64,000 nucleotides of DNA. It comes from Octopus sinensis (Eukaryota). The stretch covers positions 163,866,001 through 163,930,000 of the forward strand of contig NC_043000.1 of the NCBI RefSeq assembly GCF_006345805.1. The letters are read 5' to 3'. The position numbers and the translations under genes are program-made. Position 1 is the stretch's first letter, and each line of letters starts with the position of its first letter. A model generated the notes under the pieces. That model did not search any database and was not told the DNA's origin. It saw only the letters and a list, made by a program, of their open reading frames with translations. Of the stretch, positions 1 through 11,169 are shown in pieces.

Positions 1-365
1 TAACAACAACTTAGGAGAAGAAAAAAAGAAAAAAGAAGCGAAATCTTTTGACGGGTAATGTGAGAAGAGAGAGGGGAAGAGAGAGAGAGAGAGAGGGAGA
101 GAGAAAGAGAGGGAGAGAAAGAGAGGGAGAGAGAGAGAGTTAAGGGATATCCTATTCAATAAAAAACTTGGGTGTTGGAGTTTGTTTTTCGTTCGGTATC
201 AGTTACATTACTGCTAGAGTACTAGATAAAATACACACACACACACACACACACACACGTGCATGCATAGGCATACATACACACACAATCATATGTGTGT
301 ATGTATATATATAATATACATATATATAAAATATACACATACAAGCACTAATTATCTACGTATCA

Positions 366-397
<32 letters not shown>

Positions 398-433
398 TCT
401 CTCTTTGTCTCTCTCTCTCTCTTATATATATAC

Positions 434-465
<32 letters not shown>

Positions 466-606
466 TAATATATACATATATTTATATACCCATGTTTCTA
501 TCTTTCTCTCTCCCTACTTATCAGTATCCATGTATCAATGTATCTCTGCATATTTAATGATATGCATGCTTCTTTATGCATCTATATATATATATGTATA
601 TATATA

Positions 607-689
<83 letters not shown>

Positions 690-700
<11 letters not shown>

Positions 701-1040
701 GCGTTTGCAATACTTTTTTTCGTTCGGCGTCAACAGCCCTTCTTATCTTGTTTTTCCTTGTCCTGTCTTCTACTGTTTACAATTTGCACTGTCGTTACTG
801 TCCTGTTGTTACTATTTTTTACCCCTCTGCGAAAAGATCTCAGAATTTTAATTGATTTGCTTTTCGCAGGAAGGAAAGTTTTCTTGTCGAAGATACGTCT
901 CGCTTTTATCCTTCGAAACGTAGAGTAGATGAAAGCTTTAGCGACTGAAGAAGGGGTTTTTCCTTGTGTTAATTGTCCTGTATTCTATTTTTTATGTTTT
1001 CGTTTCTCATTGTGTTCGACGTCCCTTTGGTGTCCTGTAC
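690..1040 (+). repeat. Probable Penelope-like terminal repeat remnant with a scrambled hammerhead-like core
   Basis: Layout CGAAA...GAGTAGAT...CTGAAGAAGGGG...TTGTCCTGT...GTCCTGT-CATATA at about 915-1045 recurs at 29815-29975. It lies upstream of a Penelope-like ORF fragment. Confidence 0.35.
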
Positions 1041-2245
1041 GCATATATGCGTGTATATGTACATGTAGAGGTAGGTACGTACATATATGTTTATATATAT
1101 GCATATGTTCTATTTCATTTATTATATATTATATATATATCTATATATCTGTTATGTTTTACCGGTTCGGCCCAGGGCTGAGGTCATGCTGGAGCACCAC
1201 CCGTAGAAAGCAACAAAAGGGAAGGAAAGTGTGAAGTCAGTAGGACCTTTGTCACTAATCAGCAGAAGATAGATATAATACAAGAGAAAAAGGTACAGCC
1301 AACATGGGGCTGGAACCCACGACCCCGAGCTAGACGGGTGGAATATATATACAAATATATGTGTGTGTGTATGTATATATATATATATATATAGATGAGA
1401 AAGTTGGTTTGTGAAAGCACGTGGTTGAATATATAGAAAATAGTAAAATTTAAAAGCATCGACGAGGAGATGCACAATATAATACAAAAACATACCGAGG
1501 GACAACCCCTCGAAAATACATTAGATCATTGGAAGGATACCTGTGAAAAAGAAGAGAGAAATTCTCTCCTGCGCTGGGAAAAAAAGCAACGATTTCTTCC
1601 AAAGATATAGTCTAACTTTCAAAAATGAATTGGGTACAAATAATCCCTTCCTTAAGAAAATTACAAAAAATAAAAAATAAAAACCAAACAACCCACGAAC
1701 AACCCCCAACTATCCTCCATACACTAGAAACAGAAATCACCCACAACCAACATTTTCAACCACGCAAGACTTAACAGGGAACTAGCTGAAAGAGGACGCG
1801 TCTATGAAAGACAAAAAACCCAAAACAGAACAAACCAACCACTCATCATAAGACCAGACCCAACCACCATACAGCACAATACGACACTAGGATAAGAAAT
1901 ACACCACACACAAATCACTACTACCCCACGAACCAAAACTACTGGTCCCCCTAAACACAAGACAAACGCAAAGAAACACTATGTCAAGCAACATCCCACA
2001 TACAAGAAGTTCGAAACAAAAATATTCCCCATACAGAAATTTTACACACACCACAAGCATTAACAACCATAGATTCCCACACACACACAACAATCGGGGG
2101 CAACAATACCACCATTCCCCCGACCCAATATCACACAACCTCAGAGACAACTCATACAAACAAAATTACACCCAACATTTTTTAGCCAGGGACCAGGGAC
2201 ACCAGGACACAGGCTGGAACCTAGTAATAAGGAAAAACCGAAGAT

Positions 2246-2606
2246 AATCTTTCAACCAAACCTCTTTCTAACATAAAAATTGACATCCTCTCAAAAGGGC
2301 TCAAATTTACACCAACTCCACGCAGAGCCAACCTAAATGAAATCAAGGATAATATAACAGAATTTTGCAGAAAATTAAGACTAGCAGAAACATCAACCAG
2401 TTTCAATACTGAAGATGAATCACTAGTCAAGAACAAAAGTGAACATCCCCCACAGAGGAAGAAATAAAGATCTTGACGAGTTCTGCAGCCACATTGAGAA
2501 CTTTCCCTACCATACTATACATAAACAGACAGTTAACTCAAATTTTAACACTGCACAATGGAAGGAACTGATAGAACTTCAAAATGATGAAGATATAAAC
2601 ACGAGA
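2246..2606 (+). pseudogene. Penelope-like element ORF, N-terminal region upstream of the RT domain (frameshifted fragment)
   Basis: Manual translation from 2246 gives NLSTKPLSNIKIDILSKGLKFTPTPRRANLNEIKDNITEFCRKLRLAE, matching the PLE motif NLS...LSKGLKFxPTP...FxRKLRL. After a frameshift it continues NFNTAQWKELIELQNDEDI and stops just before the expected ADKG. Confidence 0.75.
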
Positions 2607-2654
2607 CAGGTAGCCTTGTTTGTCTCGTGTGGATATGTTTAATACTAGGTTGGA

Positions 2655-2728
2655 CCTGCTGAAGAAAATCAAACCTTGTGAGTTCTCCAGGACCCGCTAA
2701 AACATGATTAGAAACCAATTGGTCCAGG
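2655..2728 (+). ncRNA. Type I hammerhead ribozyme-like motif (near-canonical)
   Basis: CCTG-CTGAAGA-A-AATCA...TGATT-A-GAAA-CCAATTGG-TC-CAGG. Stem I is CCTG/CAGG, stem III is the palindrome ACCAATTGGT, and the triplet is GUC. The 10.1/11.1 position is A.A rather than G-C. Confidence 0.6.
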
Positions 2729-2892
2729 ATACTAGATGGTAAATGTTTTTCATTTCCAAATTTATTCCTGTCGAATTTTTATCCCAATTTTTTGTGGTCT
2801 TAGAACTTAGCTGTTCTTTCTAATGCGTAGAATCCCTATAAGTGGATTCTCTATTTGTGTAAATATACACTATATCGTATATATATATATAT

Positions 2893-2945
<53 letters not shown>

Positions 2946-2980
2946 GATATATATATTATATATAATATACATATATATAT

Positions 2981-3038
<58 letters not shown>

Positions 3039-3354
3039 TATGTATTATATATATATATATCTGTGTATTATCACACTTGTCACACTATTAATGTATGTAC
3101 CGCTACGACCGACTATCTCTCTAAATATTTAACTATATATCTATCTCCCAGATACTATATATATACATACATCTCATAAATAATGCGGTATTTTTTTATA
3201 TTTCTTTTATTTTTCAAAATTAAGATAAACAAAGTTCTTTTTCAATCTAAAATATACTCGCCTTCATTTTCTACAATGCTCTTCCATACCCTCCAGACCT
3301 TTTCTAACTTTGTCTACAGAATTCATATTTTTTCCATCCAAATGATTTTGAAGA

Positions 3355-3790
3355 CCGTGGAATAAATGATAATCAGATGGTGCAATATCCGGCGAATATG
3401 GTGAATGGGACATTGCTTCTCATTCAAACTGCTCCAGCCTTTGAAATGTCATCCTCAACTGTATGTGGTCGAGCATTATCCCGATGGAAAAATAACTTTT
3501 GACTTGAAATCAAAGATGGTAGTTTTCCTTCTAGCGCTGACATAAGCCGCTCAAGCTGCACGCAGTAGATCTCCTTTGTTATCGTCTGGTTTGGTTTTAA
3601 AAGTTCAAAATGGACTAAACCTTTCACATCCCATCAAACAGATAATATCTTACGTGGGGTGCCAGCGTTTCCCCTTTCCCTACCCACTGTCTTCGGCGCT
3701 TGTCATTTTTATACAGAAATCATGTCTCTTCACCAGTCACTATTCGGTCCAGAAGAGGTTCATTCAAAAATAGAATTTAGGGTTTTAAGA
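3355..3790 (-). pseudogene. mariner transposase catalytic-domain fragment
   Basis: ORF 3424-3627 reads KGLVHFELLKPNQTITKEIYCVQLERL...FFHRDNARPHT, the typical mariner D,D34D core. Adjacent frames are degenerate. Confidence 0.85.
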
Positions 3791-3812
3791 GGGTCAAAAT
3801 CCATTTCTTGAG

Positions 3813-3858
<46 letters not shown>

Positions 3859-4013
3859 TATTATATATAGGTTAAGTATTGAGATTCTAGTGAATTCTAA
3901 AGATTCACATGAATATGGTCCTTAACTAGGATGCACCGGATATCTATATGGTGTTAACCATACGACAAGTGGGGTGATTATAAATAGGAAAAAAGCAACA
4001 AGAATGGATTAAA

Positions 4014-4101
4014 TCTCGGTACGATCGTTTCGTACGAGGACATCTTTAATAAGCTACAAAAAATGCAGTGAATACAGATGGCTCGTACTCGTCAGCCGAA
4101 A
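4014..4101 (-). ncRNA. Canonical type I hammerhead ribozyme
   Basis: Minus strand reads TTTCGG-CTGACGA-GTACGAG...CTCGTAC-GAAA-CGATCG-TA-CCGAGA. All core nucleotides are present, with a 6-bp stem I, a 7-bp stem II closed by G10.1-C11.1, a palindromic stem III (ACGATCGT) and a GUA triplet. Confidence 0.85.
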
Positions 4102-4805
4102 AAACATCAGAGAATTCCCAAACATCAAAAGGGGTAGATACAAAAGAGGTGTAAGATTAACTGCATTGAGAAAGTTCGATTCATGGAGATCCGATGAAAG
4201 GTTTTAAACCTATAGAATTTATGCATGTCTACATATAGCTCATATTGAATATTTGATCAAGTTGTGTGAAGAAATTTTCGGATACAGTCATGCAAAATTT
4301 CTGAAAATCCGAGTAAGAGGCAAAGTGACTGCCACATCATGTAGAGGAAAGTCTGAGTAAAAACATAGTGACTGTCATATCGTGTAGAGGAACAGATTGT
4401 TATTGAAATTTACAAGAATCGCAGATAAGTTCGATTTTCTGGAGATCCGATGAAAAAGTCTTGAACTTACAAAATTTGTGTATGTCCTTATAGTTCGTAA
4501 TCCAGTTTTGTGGAGAGATTTAGGGTACAATCATGCGAAAATATCAGGGAATCCGAATGAGAAGCAAAATGACAGTCTTATATTGTAGTGGTTCAGGTTG
4601 TTAATGAAATTTTCAAGAATCACAGAAAGAGGAGGAAGGGGGTAGGAATTTAATCAGTTACTGCTATTTAAGCTGTCAAAGAGAAAGGAAAGGGGATGGG
4701 CACAATTTGATACTAACAAAAAAGTCTAAGTTTGTTTAGAACAAAATTCGAACTGAGGTCAACACTTTATTTCTTTATTTATAAATGTTACTATTCATAG
4801 ATTGT

Positions 4806-4871
4806 CAGGTTACAATCAGGTTACAATCAGGTTTCAATCAGGTTACAATCAGGTTACAATCAGGTTACAAT
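4806..4871. repeat. Six tandem copies of the 11-mer CAGGTTACAAT
   Basis: Units start at 4806, 4817, 4828 (one substitution), 4839, 4850 and 4861. They are bracketed by the direct repeat ATAGATTGTCAGGTTA at 4797-4812 and 4874-4889. Confidence 0.9.
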
Positions 4872-4886
4872 TAATAGATTGTCAGG

Positions 4887-4950
<64 letters not shown>

Positions 4951-4953
<3 letters not shown>

Positions 4954-5232
4954 ATAATCACGTGACCGACCAGACCATCAGATGTTGTTACACAACACTG
5001 GTCACAATGCGTTCACATTGTTTTAGCCTTCGAATGACGCCACCCCGCTGGCTAAGCGAGCAGACCAACAGAAGAAAGAGTCAAAGAAAGAGTGGTGAAA
5101 GAGTACAGCAGGGATCAGCAGCCCCTGCCGGAACCTCGTGGAGCATTTTTAGGTGTTTTCGCTCAATAAACACTCACAACGCCCGGCCTGGGAATCGAAA
5201 CCGCGAGTCAGCTGCCCTAACCACTGGGCCAT
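4951..5232 (-). mobile_element. tRNA-derived SINE (family D)
   Basis: Minus-strand head has an A-box-like TGGCCCAGTGG and a B-box-like GGTTTCGATTCCC, followed by a ~230-bp body. The copy lies between (TA)n and (ATAC)n tracts. Confidence 0.7.
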
Positions 5233-5245
5233 ATACATACATACA

Positions 5246-5280
<35 letters not shown>

Positions 5281-5748
5281 GAATGCATGCACATATCTAC
5301 GTATGTACCCATACTTCCCCCTCCATACATGCATACTCATATACGTACACACCGATCTTCCTGCGTTCCATTTTTCTTCTTTTTTCCAGTTATTTCTAGC
5401 ACCCTAGTTCTCGCTCTTCCCTGTGAAATTTGCAACCGAAACCTCACATCGGCAATCAAATCATTCTCTCACACATGATCACGGTTTTTATTTCAAGGTT
5501 ATCAAGTTTGCTAATTAACATGATTGCAACTCGAATTGATTATAGGCTACTTGATATATCAACTTATCTGTGCTTTTGTGTGTATGCAATATATGTATGT
5601 ATGTATCTATGGAATATAATCATGTGTGTGTGCATGTATGTATGTATGAGTGTGTAAATCTGTTTAAATGTACGCATATAGGTATATTAGAAGAGTACGG
5701 GTTGATTACTATTATAATTCATGATTATGAACCAATAAAATCATATAT

Positions 5749-6118
5749 ATATAAAGGAATATAAAAATGGGATAAAAACGCAAAACATCCAGACAGATGA
5801 TACAAAAAAAAGGGGACAAGAAAAAATAAGGACTAGTCATTCGGACTTTTCTTTCTTTAGTCGAGTTCCAGATTAGCTTTGCAATTTTGGCTGGTTATAC
5901 TCGAGATTGAGGGTATTTTCAAGTTAAAGGAAAGATGCAGATGCATTGTGCATTGTGCAACAAAATGGTTCATATTTGGTTGATTAAAAATGTAAGGGCA
6001 AGTATTTATTGACCTTTTTCTTTCCTTTAATAATCGGCACGAACTTTCCGGAAAACCCAATATATATATATATATATAGTGGTTTTGTCTCGAATAATAT
6101 TTTATATATATATATATA

Positions 6119-6155
<37 letters not shown>

Positions 6156-6364
6156 AATCTAGTGCTCTTAGCTTAGTTTTTCCTTGGGGATGGCCAGATT
6201 GGATCAATCTCGAGTATAACCAGCCAAAATTGAAAAGATAATTTGAAACTCGACTGAGGAAAGAAAGCTCCGAATGACTCGCCCTTGTTTTTTCTTGTCC
6301 TTTTTTGTATCATCTGTCCGGATGTTTTGCGTTTTTGTCCCGTTTTTTGTATTCCTTTCTATAT
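5749..6364. repeat. ~160-bp imperfect inverted repeat pair (5749-5910 and 6204-6364)
   Basis: 5882-5910 is the exact reverse complement of 6204-6232 (29 bp), and similarity continues outward for ~130 bp. Confidence 0.85.
5909..6062 (+). mobile_element. mariner 3'-terminal fragment with one TIR
   Basis: Near-identical to the reverse complement of 48874-49020. It ends AATCGGCACGAACTTTCCGGAAAACCCAA followed by TA. Confidence 0.85.
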
Positions 6365-6522
6365 ACATATGGTGGCGTACGTACACTTTGGTCTCTTATG
6401 TGTAAGTACATATATATACATTTGTATATATATGTATATGTATGTATATATCTATGTATTATGCATGTATATATTTATACATATATATATACACATATAT
6501 ATGTGTATATATACATACACAC

Positions 6523-6567
<45 letters not shown>

Positions 6568-6824
6568 CACACACACACACACACACAAACACATATATGT
6601 ATGTATAAAGAAAACGGTTAACTTTTCAGTAAATAAATATATATACTTTATTTAAAGCAGCAGAAAATTCAACAAAACCTATTTTGTTAAATTTTCTGCT
6701 GCTTTAAATAAAGCATATTACTCTACCACTGGTATTTGAGTACTCTTTTTTCCACCTTGTTTCACATTTATGTGTTTACTCCGGTATATATATATATATA
6801 TTGGAGAGCACATCCTTTCTTTTT

Positions 6825-6865
6825 CTCGCGACTCAAGTTTTATGCTACTGTGATCTTCAGGCGAG
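6825..6865 (-). ncRNA. Decayed hammerhead motif
   Basis: Minus strand reads CTCGC-CTGAAGA-TCACAGTAGCAT-AAAA-CTTGAG-TC-GCGAG. Stem I is a perfect 5 bp and the GUC triplet is present, but G12 is lost and stem II is broken. Confidence 0.4.
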
Positions 6866-7620
6866 AACTCTTTTCTTTTTGTTGTAATAATTTCATATAC
6901 AACATGTTCGTTCATGTGTCTCCGGCCATCGTCTCCATTGGTTTGTTTCTAACGTTGTTAGAGCAAAGTGTCGTCTATTTGTTATGTATGCCTTATTTAT
7001 GAATTCGTTGTTAGCTCAACCCTTTTCATTGGTCTGTGTTGCTATTTTTTATTGGTGTGTGTGGTCTTTAACAAATTTGTTTTCGAAATTCTATTATACT
7101 GAATTTTTTTTCTGGAACTTATTTTGCCTAGATATCGTTTCACATTAGCCAATTCACTTTTAGTTTTGTTTCTACCTATCTGTTGTGTAATCATATCCTG
7201 TTTTGTCAGAATTGTTTATTTCTTCATTGCTTATCCATAGATAGGTTGGTATTTGCTATGTATATTCCTGTTAATTATGTTACTCATATCTTGTATTGCT
7301 TAAGTTTTATTTTATATCTTAATTTGCCAAAACGCTTTTAATGTACTCAGTTAGAGGCTCTGCATTTTATATCTCACGTTTCTAAAAGATCTTTGTTTTC
7401 CTAGGTAAAAGTGTTTTGTTGTTCTGCTGATTGTTGCACCTCTACTTTCTTTACTTCTATTGATGCATTTTTATATATTTACTCTGTTTGCAGTTCGGTT
7501 TAGTTTTTCACACTGAATTGTCTAGTGTCTGCAACAAGATACTACCCAAAGGACCAAATTAGAAAAGAGCTTACACAGTCTATTACTGTGCACTTTATAT
7601 TATATTCATAATATATTTTC
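6866..7620 (-). pseudogene. Possible highly decayed Penelope-like GIY-YIG 3' region
   Basis: Only fragmentary minus-strand similarity (YLGKQRSFRNVRYK; EPLTEYI) to the PLE motif YIG.T...FK.RY..H...T.LS.YI. It lies upstream of the decayed hammerhead on the same strand. Confidence 0.25.
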
Positions 7621-9752
7621 CCTCTTAAATCCCAAATGCATGTCGACAAAGACGTACCGTTTCTTCGGTAGATAATGCGTAGCAAGTTTGCGTTATGTAT
7701 ATTTGATTTTGAATATTCCGCAAGGTGATTGATATAGTTTTCGTTTTTTGTTGTTTTTTTTGTTTGTTTTTTTTATCAGTTTGTTCCTCCTACGACATTA
7801 TTGCCTTGTAAATTTTTTATGTAATTTTCAGCTTCGATCCTTTATAACCGTAATTGATTTCGGCGGTGGGCTTCGTGCTTCTAAATATATGGTTGTTTAT
7901 AACTTGCATTGCGTATCTTTTCTTTCGTTTCTTGAGCAGCTAGAGTTAACTTTTGGACTGTTTCCATTAAACAACGTGTGGTGTCTGTAGGCATTCTGTC
8001 AAGTGTGTCTGCTATCAATATGATATTGCAATTTTAATTTTTATTTATGTATCGAGATTGAAACGAATGTAAAATAAAAACTATATTGGACATGGGATTG
8101 GAATATTTCGTCTTTCGTTTGGTGGTCTGTAACTATATTATTCGACTAAATTTATTCTTGAACATTAACTAAAACGATAATAACAGCAAAAATTATGCTT
8201 TTTCGATTGGTACAAGGCCACAAAGTTGTAGGAAGTAATTTAATACATGTACTTAAAACCAGTACATGATTACAGGTGCTAAATTACAATAAGTTAAAGC
8301 TGATTCAGGGGAGTTTTCTTCTCATAATCTGGAGGGATGAAAGTAAATTCTGTAAGGCACAAACATTGTTTTGTGCTTCACCGTTTCTAATAACTCTAGT
8401 AACAATTTCTTGCAGTATTACAAATCTGAACATTTGTTTAGAGTGAGTGCAGACGATTAGTCAAAGTAACTCGACGAGGCAGCTGATTAGAATTTGTTGC
8501 CCGGCTTTATATGGTATCTGGTTCCTGGATACATATAGTGGAATATAATTTGTTGCAAACATCCGTGTCAAGTCTTTTGTCGAAGGATAACTTCTTCCCA
8601 CCAGTAATGGTGACCACCAAACGGGTTAAAGGTGCTGAATAAACCACCAGAACATATGGAAATGTTAAAATCGGTACATTTATTAACTATTTTACGAACC
8701 CCAAATAGAATTTGAACTTAGAATACAAAGAATGGAGATAATCAGGAACTGAAGCAAGAATAAATATATTTTTGACGTCTGAGCTTGGAACAGAGTTCCA
8801 CCAAAATAAAGAAAAACACTGTTAGATCATAGTCGATAAAACAGATCCCAATTCTTCACTGACATTTAGTTTATCGACCCGAAAGGATGAGTAACAAATT
8901 CGAATTCGGTGTGATCTGAACTTAAAATGTAAAGATCCATAATTAAATATAATTATATAGCAGAAAGCACTGTGTCCGGCGTTCTATAGACGGTCTTGAT
9001 TTTTTAAAGTAATAAACCTATTCTTTTACATTGTAAAAGACACTTGTTTAACATACTATGAATAAAATTTATTAGACCTGAAATAAAATAATACTCTATG
9101 TCGTCTATTTTCTATATATTACTCCAGATTTCTGTGGGACTAGTTTTCGTGCGAGAAATTCAAAGAGAATGATTCACAGAACCGGTGGAAATCCTGTCGA
9201 TATAATTAGCAAATTCACGAAAACTTCCACCAGGAACTGCCACAAATATTAATCTTATTATGTTTTGGATCTAACTACACATATTATATTTCTCTCTTGA
9301 GAATTGCGTTAAAGTATAAATGTAACATAAATGTAAACGTTTCCTGAGGAACGAGGAGCTTTTAAGGATTACTACTTAACTGCAGTTTTATGTCATGCAT
9401 GTAAGCAATAAAATGCCTCTGCTTTGATAGAATGTTTTTAATTATTACCTTTGCAAGCCCTTCAGACCGGCACCTTTTGTCTATATTGATACCCTCACCC
9501 TCATGGTACATGTTCTCCAATATTTCTTAAACTGAGACATATAATTCAATGTACTATCGAATACACAACGAAACGATTATTATATTTTGGACACAAGACC
9601 TATGAGCTGGTAGACAACAGATACCATATTCCTGCTCTCACCTTGTTTCCATTTTTGAGACATAGACACATCATGCTTGCATGTATGAATGTATGTATGC
9701 ATGTATGAATGTGTGTATATATCTATGAATGTATGTATGTATCTAAGTGCAA

Positions 9753-9808
<56 letters not shown>

Positions 9809-10705
9809 ATGCTTGTGTGCGCGCGTGCGTGCCTAAGAGCTTCCGTTGGACGGGCTAAATTAACATTGTTAGGGACAGAAGGGAATCCAAATGCCCAGCC
9901 TTAGATGACGTAAAAGGGTGAATAAGGAAAATAGTGCAAATATATTTTTGCTTTGTTTTTTCAAGCTCGAAGAAAAGTTTATTGGGATTGGAATAATCTC
10001 AGTTTTAAGAATACTTTAAATGAATTCGAAATACGATTCATCTTGGCGTAGGAGGGTGAGTTGGTCTGGTCTATCGTAGATGTCTTACCCAGAAACAGAG
10101 GACTCATAGAGAGAAGCGACACGGGTTCTGTCCTTACTCCACAGATTAACAAATGAATAAATAATAACTAAAAAGAACTAAAACAAAACTCTACATCAAC
10201 ATGGCCACCCTCGGTACAGTTATCCCGGTTAAAATGAGTGCAAAAGGTGCAAAAGTTTAGCATCAGCTCGACTGCTCTTCCTTCTTCCCCACATCGTTTC
10301 AGATGTACGTGATGCAACTTCAGACGCCAGCGAACACCCACGATTTGAATCAACAATATTGTTGTGGCAAGGGTAAACAGATGGCTTCTGTCGTTTCATC
10401 AGTTGTGCCTCTACCATGGAACCAAATGCCTGACAGCATCCCCACTACGAAAGTTCTTTAAATTGGCCTCTGTATCAAATCATCTAGAACTAAGGAATGG
10501 AAATACCGAATCAAAGTTGTTTGTTTTCCAAGACTTGTATATAGTTTTTCTTGAATTTTCAAATTGATAAAAGTGAAATGTTTTCAAAACCCGAAGCTCA
10601 ATGATAACGGTGGTGGAAGTGCTGGTGTTGGTGTTGATGGGAATGGTAGAGGTGTGGTGTCGCCGTTCGTCGTTGTCGTTGTTGAAGATGTGGTGGTTTG
10701 GATAG

Positions 10706-10774
<69 letters not shown>

Positions 10775-11119
10775 GTACAAATGTATTACTTTCCTGTAAA
10801 ATAAAGCCCCATAAGGGTAGAATTATACATATAAAAAAAGATAAAGGCACCAATATTTACTGGAAATAGCAGTCGATACAAATACGACGCTATTGTATAG
10901 CTTCCCTGCGTGTTTACTAGCAAAGACGTGTGTGCAACAAATATGAAAAATTTGCCTTACCCCTAGGAAGAACATTCGATAAATGAACAACCTAGAATCG
11001 GATAATGCAGGACCAGTTTCAGACTCTTCGATGGTGGATATCTATGTATATTACGTCGTATTTGTATAGATTGCTATTTTCCAGTAAATATTGGTGCCTT
11101 GTTGTACCACTTATCTATT

Positions 11120-11169
<50 letters not shown>

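Noticed and set aside
4172-4625. Diverged ~250-bp tandem duplication containing CCGATGAAAGG...ACCT
   Set aside because: The duplication looks real but old. The hammerhead-like start lacks GAAA and stem III, and I can support no function.
10302-10371. Possible host exon (pyrimidine tract-CAG acceptor, AGG/GTAAAC donor)
   Set aside because: Two frames are open but neither resembles a protein I recognise, and I found no partner exons. It needs RNA-seq.
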